A stretch of DNA of 40,234 bases from NCBI GenBank assembly GCA_964636445.1, contig CAZWSK010000003.1, positions 1-40,234 on the forward strand, written 5' to 3'. This DNA is from an uncultured Chloracidobacterium sp. (GTDB lineage: Bacteria > Acidobacteriota > Blastocatellia > Pyrinomonadales > Pyrinomonadaceae). The position numbers were made by a program, and so were the translations under genes. Under the pieces are notes generated by a model that saw only the letters and a program-made list of their open reading frames with translations, ran no database searches and was not told where the DNA came from. Below are positions 18,129-28,400 of the stretch, piece after piece; within the stretch, counting starts at the first letter, position 1; each line of letters starts with the position of its first letter.

Positions 18129-18869
18129 ATGAATCTAGACTTGCATACAAAAACAGTTCGCGAGATCGCACTTGCGATGCCGATAACAACGCGCGTTTTC
18201 GAGGAATACAAGATCGATTACTGCTGCCATGGCCATGTAAATTTTGACGAGGCATGTATTCACGCAGGGTTGGATCCCGACGCAATGGTGGAAAAGATCG
18301 ACGGCGTTGTGGGTGATCTCGGCAACCGGGAACTCGACTGGTTGCAGACGGCCGCTCTTGCCGAGGTTATCGATTATATTATCGACAAACACCACGCCTA
18401 TACCCGCGACGAGATGACGCAGTTGACGCCGTTGATGAACAAAGTGGCCACCCGTCATGGAGATCATCTGCCGTCCCTCATTGAGCTGGAAGCCACATTT
18501 CAGTCCCTGTGCGACGAATTATTCCCGCACATGATGAAGGAAGAAAACGTTCTTTTCCCGTACATCGAGGAGATGGAATCACGGCGTGATAAAAAGATGT
18601 CGCCGGCATTTCCGCCGTTCGCGACTGTTCGCAATCCCGTCAACATGATGTCGATCGAGCACGAACAGGCCGGCGAGCTGCTGGTCAAGATGCGTGAACT
18701 GACGGACAACTACACGCTGCCTGAATGGGCCTGTCCTAGTTTCACGGCACTGTATCATCGTATGGCCGAGCTAGAGGCCGACCTACACCAGCACATTCAT
18801 CTCGAGAACAATCTGCTCTTCCCGAAAGCAGTCGAGATGGAACAGGAACTGTTCGCAGCGGCGGTGTAG
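18129..18869 (+). CDS. ric: Iron-sulfur cluster repair di-iron protein (RIC; ScdA/YtfE family)
   Basis: ScdA_N-type N-terminus ITTRVFEEYKIDYCCHG. Hemerythrin-like His/Glu motifs (DKHHAYTRDE, HMMKEENVLFPYI, EHEQAGE, HIHLENNLLFP). Confidence 0.88.
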   Translation: MNLDLHTKTVREIALAMPITTRVFEEYKIDYCCHGHVNFDEACIHAGLDPDAMVEKIDGVVGDLGNRELDWLQTAALAEVIDYIIDKHHAYTRDEMTQLTPLMNKVATRHGDHLPSLIELEATFQSLCDELFPHMMKEENVLFPYIEEMESRRDKKMSPAFPPFATVRNPVNMMSIEHEQAGELLVKMRELTDNYTLPEWACPSFTALYHRMAELEADLHQHIHLENNLLFPKAVEMEQELFAAAV

Positions 18870-18872
18870 ACT

Positions 18873-19697
18873 ATGGCAATGTCCGCAACGATCTCAAAAC
18901 CCAGGCCCGTGCGGCGTGTTCGCCTCACGCAGATCCTACTTCCCACCGAGCATGGGTCCTGGGGCTTTTTGTTCGAACCGATCGTTGCCGGCCTTGCCAT
19001 TGCGTTCTCCCTCGGCAGTGTCTGGATAGCGGTTGCCGTGGTCGGGGCTTTTATGGCACGGCGGCCGCTCCAGGTGCTGATAAATGTGTGGCGTCGGGGT
19101 GATCCGAACAGCATAGCGCCTGTTGCTGCGAACTTCCTCGCCGCGTTCTCGATCCTGACAGTCGGCGGTGTTGTCGGCGCATACGTCTCGGCGGGGCCGC
19201 AAAGCCTCGTGCCGCTGGTGGCGGTATTGCCGCTCGCTCTCTTCCAGTTGTGGTACGAGATCTCGCGGCCCGGCCGTCAGCTGTTCGCAGAGATGTCGGG
19301 CGGCATCGTGATGGGCGCTACGGCCGCGGCGATGGTGATCGCGGCCGGGATGTCCTGGCCCATAGCCGCAGGGCTTTGGTTCATCTTTGCGGCACGTTTC
19401 CTCCCGTCGATCCTGTATGTTCGGAACCGCCTTGCCCTCGAGAAAGGGAAGCCGATGTCACACGCCATTCCGATCACCGCCCACATCGTCGCGCTCACCG
19501 GCGCGGCTGCGCTCGCGGGCGCCGGCATCATTCCGGTGCTGCCGGTCGCCGTATTCTTCCTGTTATTTCTTCGAGCCGCCGTCGGCCTCTCACCTCTGCG
19601 TCGACGCGTTAAGGCAAAGAGAATCGGCGTTTGGGAGGTTATCTATGGGGCATTATTGGTGGCTGTCGTTATCTTCTCGTACCATTCGCAGGCCTAA
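18873..19697 (+). CDS. YwiC-like integral membrane protein
   Basis: About 8 TM helices. The N-terminal LPTEHGSWGFLFEP motif is typical of the YwiC-like family. It starts 3 nt after the ric stop, so an operon is likely. Confidence 0.65.
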   Translation: MAMSATISKPRPVRRVRLTQILLPTEHGSWGFLFEPIVAGLAIAFSLGSVWIAVAVVGAFMARRPLQVLINVWRRGDPNSIAPVAANFLAAFSILTVGGVVGAYVSAGPQSLVPLVAVLPLALFQLWYEISRPGRQLFAEMSGGIVMGATAAAMVIAAGMSWPIAAGLWFIFAARFLPSILYVRNRLALEKGKPMSHAIPITAHIVALTGAAALAGAGIIPVLPVAVFFLLFLRAAVGLSPLRRRVKAKRIGVWEVIYGALLVAVVIFSYHSQA

Positions 19698-20332
19698 ACT
19701 CCTGCTCCACACTCGAACATCGTATCTTCTTCCTCCGCGAGGATCGGCAGAGCCGCCTCGCGGAGCTTATTTTTGTCCTTATCGGGCCCGACGCGTGCAA
19801 ATAGCGCCTCACCGGCAAGTTCGAGGTATTCGATCCCTGACCCGGCAAGCAGGGCGTTCATCTTTTCCGAATATTTCGACAGGTGGTCGTCGATGAACGC
19901 CGCGGCAGCGTCGGCCGTGATCTCGGCATTTTGGTCATCACCACACTCTCGTGCATACAGCTCTTTGAGCCGCATATAGCCCACGAAACCCGCCTCGACA
20001 GCGATGTGGTCGGGAACTTCGTTCGTTTTGGTCTTGAAACCAAACGCGTCGTAGTACGCAGAGAGCTCGGACAGCATCTGGCCGGGCTCGACCCAGCTGC
20101 GATAGCTGACCTCACGGCCCGGAGCCGGGCCGCCGGGACCGAATATCGAATGAAAAAATCCTTCCGACGCCTCTTTCTGTGCCGCTCTCGCTGCTTTTGA
20201 GAGCTCTTTGTCGTGTACTTGTTCGCCGAGCTGCGAGACCTGGCTGAACCAGTCGTCCTGCGGGCAATCGAACAACAGGCTGATCAAACGCCATTCGGCC
20301 GCCTCGTTCAATAGTTGATTAGCGTCTTTCAT
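19694..20332 (-). CDS. TorD/NarJ/DmsD-family redox-enzyme maturation chaperone (delta subunit)
   Basis: EWRLISLLFDCP and PDHIAVEAGFVGYM motifs are typical of the nitrate reductase delta / TorD family. It is the last gene of the operon. Confidence 0.78.
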   Translation of the reverse strand: MKDANQLLNEAAEWRLISLLFDCPQDDWFSQVSQLGEQVHDKELSKAARAAQKEASEGFFHSIFGPGGPAPGREVSYRSWVEPGQMLSELSAYYDAFGFKTKTNEVPDHIAVEAGFVGYMRLKELYARECGDDQNAEITADAAAAFIDDHLSKYSEKMNALLAGSGIEYLELAGEALFARVGPDKDKNKLREAALPILAEEEDTMFECGAGV

Positions 20333-20336
20333 ATTT

Positions 20337-20828
20337 TTAGGTATTCGCTGCCTTCAGAGCCTCGTCGCGTCGATGGACACGCGACATGACAGCGGCCTTT
20401 TCGTCTTTCGTCAAAGTCTCATCGAGCAGCGGATAGAGATGCTCAGCCTCGCGCCGGTCGTGGTGAGCGGATAGCCGCAGATAGAACGCCTCGTGGCCCA
20501 GGATCCGCAATACGTCAGCCTCGATATCAACAGCGTTGTTCAGAGCTGCAGTCGCGTTCTTGAGGACGTCCAGATGAGAGAGCATCTTCTTGTGCTCATC
20601 GAGATAGAGCTTAGGTGCGGCGACGGCAGGGAATTCACACCTTCCGGAATAGACCGGGATCAGCACCTCTTCCTCGTCCTTCATGTGCCGCATCAGCAGG
20701 GCTTCATAGCCCTCGAGCCGCTTGAGCGCGGAGGCGTGGTCGAGCCGCAGAAGAGCACGCTGGTGTTCGAGAAAGATAGCGTCTAGCTCATTGTGAACGC
20801 TCATTAAGCTTGCGATCGAAAGTGTCAT
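20337..20828 (-). CDS. Hemerythrin-like (HHE cation-binding) protein, 163 aa
   Basis: His/Glu patterns VHNELDAIFLEHQ, HMKDEEEVLIPVY, DEHKKM and HHDRREAEHLYPLL. Start set to the ATG at 20828, which forms an ATGA overlap with the upstream stop. Confidence 0.68.
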   Translation of the reverse strand: MTLSIASLMSVHNELDAIFLEHQRALLRLDHASALKRLEGYEALLMRHMKDEEEVLIPVYSGRCEFPAVAAPKLYLDEHKKMLSHLDVLKNATAALNNAVDIEADVLRILGHEAFYLRLSAHHDRREAEHLYPLLDETLTKDEKAAVMSRVHRRDEALKAANT

Positions 20829-21667
20829 TTCAACATCATCGGCACCCAACCGGTGCGCATTTTCCGTGCTCCGACCTCGCCGTGCGCCGCTTCCCAGACC
20901 GCAAACGCCGTCTGAGACGGCGTCGAAGACGAAAACGCCGCTGGCACCGGCCGTGAGATCACGACGGCCCAGCCGGTCTTCGTTCTTATGCCCTTGCCCT
21001 TGGACGTCGTAGCCGCAGCGGGCGTTAGCGTCCCGGGCCCTTCGGCTATCATGTCCTCGACCGGCTGCTCGCGTGGGCCCGAACGCCGATTGCCGACGGC
21101 CTTGGCGGGGGCATAACGCGCGGCTGCGTCGGCAAGCGCTTGCGGGTTTCCTTCGAGCGAGCTGGCCGTCGATGGATAATGATCGATGCTCGCATTCGGA
21201 TAAATGCTCTTAATGTCATCCGTAGCCCGGCCTTCGACGATGGCCTGCCAGTCCGCACGCCAGAACGCGATCTCGACGGTCTTCCCGGTCTCGCCCATCT
21301 GCGGAGCAGGAACGTTCGCCTCGATCTTTGCCGGGATCTGGACGGCACAGCCGTCGATAAAATGCTTCGGCCCCGGCATGTCATTCTGCGTGTCATCGAG
21401 CCATTCGAGCCTGAAAGCGATCTGCTGCCCGTCGGAGATGGCCTTGACCTGTACTTCCGCCGTCGAGGGCTGCATCACGCGCGGGTCGACGAGATCCTGC
21501 GGGATCATTTTCGAGATGTGCAGCGGCACATTTGCCCACACGCCCGCGTCCGGGTCGAGCGTGATCTCGGGAACCTGAGCGACCTGGACTTCCGCGGTCG
21601 CGACCTGTGTACGGCTGCACGCTGCGGCGAACAAACTAACCAAAACTACGAGTAATAACAGTCGCAT
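20825..21667 (-). CDS. Gamma subunit of a type II DMSO-reductase-family enzyme (EbdC/SerC/DdhC/NxrC-like heme-b domain), predicted lipoprotein
   Basis: Signal MRLLLLVVLVSLFAAAC with a lipobox-like FAAC. It sits directly after the FeS beta subunit. The C-terminal FAVWEAAHGEVGARKMRTGW resembles the EB_dh-domain terminus. Confidence 0.65.
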   Translation of the reverse strand: MRLLLLVVLVSLFAAACSRTQVATAEVQVAQVPEITLDPDAGVWANVPLHISKMIPQDLVDPRVMQPSTAEVQVKAISDGQQIAFRLEWLDDTQNDMPGPKHFIDGCAVQIPAKIEANVPAPQMGETGKTVEIAFWRADWQAIVEGRATDDIKSIYPNASIDHYPSTASSLEGNPQALADAAARYAPAKAVGNRRSGPREQPVEDMIAEGPGTLTPAAATTSKGKGIRTKTGWAVVISRPVPAAFSSSTPSQTAFAVWEAAHGEVGARKMRTGWVPMMLK

Positions 21668-21680
21668 AAATCCACTCTCC

Positions 21681-22810
<1,130 letters not shown>

Positions 22811-22823
<13 letters not shown>

Positions 22824-23290
22824 AGTTTGTTGTTCTCCGTAGTTGTGGGGTTAAGATCGGCGGCCCATTTGATGTGCCGGCCTTTGAAGATCGCCGCGAT
22901 GAGCAGCGTTGATGCGAAGATGCTGAATAATAGAACGACCGCATAGGCGAAGCGCGGAAGTTCGGCATCGACCTTTCCGCGAACGATGCCGACGACCGAC
23001 GCGATGCCTGCGAAGAGTACTGTCACGAGTGCTGCCGTCGCTATCAGCTTGTGTGTCTCGAGTGCTGCAGCCCGCGAGCCTTCAATCGTTGCCTTAACGG
23101 CCTGCCCGGCAAATTCGCCCGTGATCGCGACCGCTACAGTGAATAACGCCATCAGGGCGATGATCTTGAGCGCGAACCGTTTGCGGGGCGCACTCTGGGT
23201 TATGTAGCCCAACGCCAAGACGAGCGCGCCGATAACAAAACCGATCGCAGGGTAATAGTTGACCAAAAGATGTACTTTTAGGGCATCCAT
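22811..23290 (-). CDS. Small 4-TM membrane protein (DUF2231-like?) between the alpha and beta subunit genes
   Basis: Four hydrophobic helices. N-terminal [13 protein letters not shown] resembles the DUF2231 HPxxVHFPI motif. There is a 0-nt gap to the alpha stop and a 13-nt overlap with the beta start. Confidence 0.55.
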
Positions 23291-26200
23291 CTATTTCTTC
23301 TTGATAAATTCGCCGGCGAGATACTTCTTCATCGCGTCGGACTCGTTTCGCGGCCTGATGCCGAGCTTAACGGGACGCCATAGCGGCTCGTCTCCGATGC
23401 CGCCGGGCTCGGCTTTCGTGATCTTCACGAAGGCCTCACGCGGTGCTCCTGTCGGACAGTGGATATCGGCAGCAAATCCCTTGCCCATGCCCTGGCCGAA
23501 CATTCCTTTCCGCACCAGCGAATCGGTCATCCACGTCGGCTTGAGCCAGCCGCGTGTGGCGGACTGATGCGAGCCGGTGCGGAACATGGCCTGATAGTTC
23601 GTTCGCGGATTCTTCGCTAAGCCGTCCTTACGTTCCTTCGCTCCCTGCACAGAACCGGGCGTAGCGGCGTACATGTTGAACCACATTCGCGTCACGCCGC
23701 GCGGCGTGCCGGGATAGTAGCGTGCACGGCACATAAGGCGGGCGAACTCATAGTTCTTCTTGTCCTTCTGCCAACCCCGGAAAGGCCGATCCTCGGGGTC
23801 GCCGTCGATCCAAACGTAATCGCCGTCGTTTATGCCCAGCTCTCGCGCATCCGACGGGTTGATGTCCACATACCCCTCCGTCACGAACGGCTGTCGTTTG
23901 TCGTGGCGGTAAACGTCGCCGAACGGGCCAAACAGCATCGCGTTCATGTCCGTATCAATCGGCGTAGTATGAGCGCCGTGACGATACTTCGGCGTATGGA
24001 AAATGAACTTGTAATCGTCCTTGATCAGCGGATGCGGCTTGTTCTTGGCCTCGGCCCATGTGTAGACGACATTGCGGCCGCAACGCGTCTCGCACGACAG
24101 GTCGTCGCGCTTGACGCCGTAATCCTCAGGCTGAGCCGGCCGCAAGGCCTCGTGCGGGGCCGAGATGATGATGTTCGGCTCGTAGAATGTCGAGTCGACC
24201 GGTTCGCGGTGGACCGGCAGATTCTCGCCCGCCTCTATGAATTCGTCCTCTTCGCGATACATCTCGAGCCGGCCGCTCTTCGTGTACCACGGCGTATTGT
24301 CCTCGAGCTGGTCGTAACCGACGTTTTTAGGTGTTGTGCGACTGTTCATCAGCGCGGGGACGCCGTTCAGAGCTTTTTCGTGAAGCTCGTTGAAGTTGTA
24401 GCCTTTCGTGTTTGTCGAGTTATCGAGGATCCGCTGCAGGTAGATATCGGTCTTGCCCTCGCGGACATATTTCCAATAGTCGTTGAACCGCTGATCGCCC
24501 GTCAGGTCGGCGAGCTTGGATGCGACGGTCGCGAACACCTCGATGTCGCCCATCGTGTTGAAGATGCGCTCGATCGGCGTCTTGGGAAAAACGAGCAGGA
24601 ATGGATTCGTGACCGACGCGGTCATGTCGGGATGCTTCAATTCCGCCCATGAATCGACGCCAAAGACCACGTCCGCCCACTCACAGGATGTCGACCACCA
24701 CCATTCGTTGACGCAGATCATCTCGATCCGCGGCAACGCGTTGACCACCATGTTGTAGTGCCACTTTACGTTGCCAAGGATAGAATTGGCGTTAGCAAAC
24801 CAGAGTGACTTCGTGGGACACGGCATGTGCGATTTGCCTGTCAGCAGCCGGTTGCCAACACGGAGAGGGTGGTCCTCGTGGTTGTAATAATGTGCGGACT
24901 CAGCGTCCCAGTACTGTTTTGGCCGGGCCGGCTTCGCCGGGTCAAGCTCAATGTCAAACGGATTCTCAGCGATCCATTGCGGCGAGCCGTTGAACAAGGC
25001 GGTGCGGTAATTGCCCGCGTACGAGCCGACATTACCGCCGATCTTACCGACGTTTCCCGTCAGGGAAGCGAGTAGGAAGACGTCGCGGTCTTTGTTGTCG
25101 CTGTTAAAGAACTGGTTCGGGCCCATCCCGAGAGCGAACAGCGTCGTGCCGGGGTCCTTGGCAAAGTGACGTGCGAGCTTCTCGATAGCGGCCGCGGGTG
25201 CCCAGGTGAGTTCCTCGACCGTCTTCGGGTCAAAGTGCGCGGCATACTCCTTGACGAGATCGAAAACCGGACGGCACTTCACTTTGCTGCCGTCGGCGAG
25301 GGCGACCTCGACAACGCCTTCAAGCTGTGCGTCGCCCGCCTTGGAATTGTCGCCGACATCGTCGCGTGTCAACGCGACAGGGGCGCCTGTTTTCGTGTCC
25401 CAAACGACATAGTCGCCCCACTCGTTGCGGAGCTTTTCGGGAACTATATTCTTGATACCTTGTTGTATCGGCGGCGGCTCTTTCTCGCCTTCTTTGACGA
25501 TATAGGTCTGTTTGAGTTCGGCCGGGCCGCCGCCGAAAACCTCTGACGCCTTTAGATATTTGAGCGTGTCCATCCTGACGAGGATCGGCATATCCGTCCA
25601 TCGTCTGACGTAATCCTCGTCATAAAGCTTTTCCTGCATTATGACGTTTGCGAAGCCGAGTGCGACCGCCGGCGTCGTGCCGGGACGCACGACGACGACC
25701 TCGTCCGCCTTTGTCGCCGTCGCGGAATATTCGCATGCAATGACGACGACCTTTGTGCCTTTCATCCTCGCCTCGGTCAGCCAGTGTGCGTCGGGCATCT
25801 TGGTCGTTATCCAGTTCATTCCCCAGACGACGACTGTCTTAGCCTGTTCGACCGAGTTAAGATCGAATTCAACCGTCTGCTGGCCCGTGACCATCGTGTG
25901 GCCGGGCGGCAGGTCGGTGTGCCAGGAGTAATTGTCAAAGCCTCTCGCTCCGACAGCCTGATCGGGCCCGACGCCGCGGATCTTGCTGTCGAGCAGCGCC
26001 ATCGAATTTGCCATTCGGTACATACCGAACACTCGCGTGATGCCTAGCAGCGGCATACCGCCGCGGAACTTCATCACACGCGTTCCGATGCCGCGCGTCG
26101 CCTCGATCGTAGCCTCGTCGTAGTGCTGTTCCTTCAGGCGACGCATTCCTTCCTCGCCGGTGTAGGTCTCGGCGACATTCTTTAGAACCGCTGCGACGAT

Positions 26201-26728
26201 CACGGCGGCTTCGTCGTGAGACATCCGGACCCATTCGTCTCGGCCGCGGTTGAAGTATGTTTCGCTCGGTTTGCCGTCGTTGCCGCGCGGGAATCCGTCC
26301 TCGTACCACTTCTTAAATCCCGCACGGACCATCGTGCCGTTCACGCGGCGGTCGCCATAGAAGCGTCGCGTCAGAGCGAGTCCCTTTTGACAAACACGCG
26401 GGTCCCAGCGGTGCGAGGTGCCGTTGCCGAGCAGGTCGACGGCTTCGCCGTACTTCATCGTCGGCCCGATGCGCGTGATGACGCCCTGGCGTACGTGGGC
26501 GTTGAGGAGGCAGTTATGCGTGTCGTTCGGAGCACAGGTGAAGGTGTATCGCGAATCGTATTTCCAAAGGTCACGATATGCGTTTTCCCAGTCGCGATTC
26601 GGATAGACGGCGAGCGGATTGGTTATCGCGTCGAGGCCCCAGGCGTTTGTTGCCGACATCGCAAGGGCGCCGAAACCCGCGGCCGATACCCTCGCCATGA
26701 ACTCGCGTCTCGATAATTCGTTTTTCAT
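23291..26728 (-). CDS. Tat-exported molybdopterin catalytic subunit, NxrA / periplasmic NarG-like (type II DMSO reductase family), 1145 aa
   Basis: Twin-arginine signal [28 protein letters not shown]0 motif C65-X3-D69-X3-C73-X39-C113 ([11 protein letters not shown]...RVCQKG). Mo-ligand Asp context YSWHTD272LPPG aligns with E. coli NarG YDWYCDLPPASP. SD GAGGA lies before the ATG. Confidence 0.9.
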   Translation of the reverse strand: MKNELSRREFMARVSAAGFGALAMSATNAWGLDAITNPLAVYPNRDWENAYRDLWKYDSRYTFTCAPNDTHNCLLNAHVRQGVITRIGPTMKYGEAVDLLGNGTSHRWDPRVCQKGLALTRRFYGDRRVNGTMVRAGFKKWYEDGFPRGNDGKPSETYFNRGRDEWVRMSHDEAAVIVAAVLKNVAETYTGEEGMRRLKEQHYDEATIEATRGIGTRVMKFRGGMPLLGITRVFGMYRMANSMALLDSKIRGVGPDQAVGARGFDNYSWHTDLPPGHTMVTGQQTVEFDLNSVEQAKTVVVWGMNWITTKMPDAHWLTEARMKGTKVVVIACEYSATATKADEVVVVRPGTTPAVALGFANVIMQEKLYDEDYVRRWTDMPILVRMDTLKYLKASEVFGGGPAELKQTYIVKEGEKEPPPIQQGIKNIVPEKLRNEWGDYVVWDTKTGAPVALTRDDVGDNSKAGDAQLEGVVEVALADGSKVKCRPVFDLVKEYAAHFDPKTVEELTWAPAAAIEKLARHFAKDPGTTLFALGMGPNQFFNSDNKDRDVFLLASLTGNVGKIGGNVGSYAGNYRTALFNGSPQWIAENPFDIELDPAKPARPKQYWDAESAHYYNHEDHPLRVGNRLLTGKSHMPCPTKSLWFANANSILGNVKWHYNMVVNALPRIEMICVNEWWWSTSCEWADVVFGVDSWAELKHPDMTASVTNPFLLVFPKTPIERIFNTMGDIEVFATVASKLADLTGDQRFNDYWKYVREGKTDIYLQRILDNSTNTKGYNFNELHEKALNGVPALMNSRTTPKNVGYDQLEDNTPWYTKSGRLEMYREEDEFIEAGENLPVHREPVDSTFYEPNIIISAPHEALRPAQPEDYGVKRDDLSCETRCGRNVVYTWAEAKNKPHPLIKDDYKFIFHTPKYRHGAHTTPIDTDMNAMLFGPFGDVYRHDKRQPFVTEGYVDINPSDARELGINDGDYVWIDGDPEDRPFRGWQKDKKNYEFARLMCRARYYPGTPRGVTRMWFNMYAATPGSVQGAKERKDGLAKNPRTNYQAMFRTGSHQSATRGWLKPTWMTDSLVRKGMFGQGMGKGFAADIHCPTGAPREAFVKITKAEPGGIGDEPLWRPVKLGIRPRNESDAMKKYLAGEFIKKK

Positions 26729-26737
26729 AACTGTCCT

Positions 26738-28399
26738 CTACTTCGCTTTTAATGACCGCAAATAAACCACGAGCGCTTCGATCTCAGACTGTGTCAGGAC
26801 GGGTCGAGTGGGCGAACCGTTCGCAAATCCCTGCATCACCGTTCCGCGTCGGCCGTTTGTAATGGTGCCGACCAGATACGTGTCAGTGGCCGCCGCGAGA
26901 AACGCAGGATTGCCAAGTGCCGGCCCTTCACCGCCGGCTCCGGCCTTGCCGTGGCAGCCCGAACAATTCGCGCTGAACAATCGCTCGCCGGTTGCCACAT
27001 CGCCGGCCGCCCATATCTGGGGCTTCGCGTCGGGTACGGCCTGAACGCCGCCGCCGAGAGCACGGATGTATGCGATCACGGAGCGGATCTCGTCGTCGTT
27101 CAGCCCGTTCTCCCGTTCACCCCACGCGAGCATCGGCCGCCCGGGGCGGCCGCTCTTGATGTTTGCTAACAGGAACTCATCCGATGCCAGAGCGAGAAAG
27201 TCCGGATTGGTGATCGACGGATTCGGCGCCAGGCCCGGATAACGGGCGCCTCCGCCATTCGCTGCGTGGCATGCCGCGCAGACCGCTGAATAGATCGTCG
27301 GACCGTCATTGGCAAACTCACGCTCACCGAAGCGCATTGCTCTCACTCGGTCTTTCGGCAAGAAGACGTCCGGCAGCGTCCGCCGCCGGAGGCTCAGCGT
27401 GTAGAGCGTCAGCAGATCGATCTCATCCTCGTTCAGGCCAAGTACGGGCATTTGCGATCCCGCAACAGTCGAGGCCGGCGATCGAAAATGCTGAGCCATC
27501 CAATTTGCCACGGAACGCTCGCCGGGAACGCGTGAAAAGTTGAGCTGATTCGGGTCTTTGAGGCCTGAGATCGAGAGGTTAAGACCTGCGTCACCGCCGA
27601 AACTTCCGATGGTGTGACAGCCGGCGCAGCCGAGAGAGTTGTACTGTGCCTTTGCCTCTATCAGCTTCGACGCACCCATTTGCGTGTCGAGAAAGATCTT
27701 GAGAGCGGCTTGGTCCTGCTCGCTGACCTCACGGAAGGAATTCTTCCATGCTCCGTCTGCTGCGGCCTGGTTCTTGGCCAAGTGTGCCGCGTACCATTCG
27801 GCGTTGTAGCCCTTCATTCCGACGACGGAGAGGTCGGGCCCTTCCATTCCCGTGATGTCGCCGCCCGGTCTTACCGTCCCCCCGCGGCCGTCGAGGCGGT
27901 GGCAGGCGTAGCAATCGAGGCGTTCGAAGGTCTTACGGGCATTGTCATACGTGGGCTTATTCGGGACATTCAGCGGTGTATGGCACGTACCGCAGCTCGC
28001 GTACGCATACTTGGCAGGCAGCATCGGCTCGGTCCAGAAATGAACGTTGCCGTGCGCATCGTCCCTCTCGGTCGCCTGTCCCTGGCCTCCGTGGCACGTC
28101 GTGCAGCCCATTTCGCTGACGGAATGGACCACCGGCTTATGCGCGGCACCAACCTTTAATGGGGAAGTGATCTGTTCGCCGGCGGCCATTCCGGTGTGGC
28201 AGGTGACGCAGCGGTCGGTGACCTTGAGATTCGGATTCACGATCTGCCGCAGCTTGACGTCGAGTGGCCCGTCCGCGGTCGAGGCGGTCCCCTGTATCTT
28301 GTGCCAGTCCTTGCGAAAATTCTCGCTGTACGCGGCCGCGACCAGCAGGACGAAAACCCCGAGGCTTGAGATCATCAATAGATACTTGTTCTTGTTCAT
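26738..28399 (-). CDS. Membrane-anchored heptaheme cytochrome c (4 multiheme-type plus 3 class-I-type domains)
   Basis: Seven CXXCH motifs: CVTCH, CTTCH, CGTCH, CYACH, CAGCH, CAACH and CSGCH. N-terminal TM helix YLLMISSLGVFVLLVAAAY. Confidence 0.88.
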   Translation of the reverse strand: MNKNKYLLMISSLGVFVLLVAAAYSENFRKDWHKIQGTASTADGPLDVKLRQIVNPNLKVTDRCVTCHTGMAAGEQITSPLKVGAAHKPVVHSVSEMGCTTCHGGQGQATERDDAHGNVHFWTEPMLPAKYAYASCGTCHTPLNVPNKPTYDNARKTFERLDCYACHRLDGRGGTVRPGGDITGMEGPDLSVVGMKGYNAEWYAAHLAKNQAAADGAWKNSFREVSEQDQAALKIFLDTQMGASKLIEAKAQYNSLGCAGCHTIGSFGGDAGLNLSISGLKDPNQLNFSRVPGERSVANWMAQHFRSPASTVAGSQMPVLGLNEDEIDLLTLYTLSLRRRTLPDVFLPKDRVRAMRFGEREFANDGPTIYSAVCAACHAANGGGARYPGLAPNPSITNPDFLALASDEFLLANIKSGRPGRPMLAWGERENGLNDDEIRSVIAYIRALGGGVQAVPDAKPQIWAAGDVATGERLFSANCSGCHGKAGAGGEGPALGNPAFLAAATDTYLVGTITNGRRGTVMQGFANGSPTRPVLTQSEIEALVVYLRSLKAK

Positions 28400-28400
28400 A

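Noticed and set aside
23291-26728. Annotating the Mo enzyme as a conventional cytoplasmic respiratory nitrate reductase NarGHJI
   Set aside because: The alpha subunit has a twin-arginine signal. No NarI or NarK gene is present. A heme-b EbdC-like gamma subunit and a bc-type module replace NarI.
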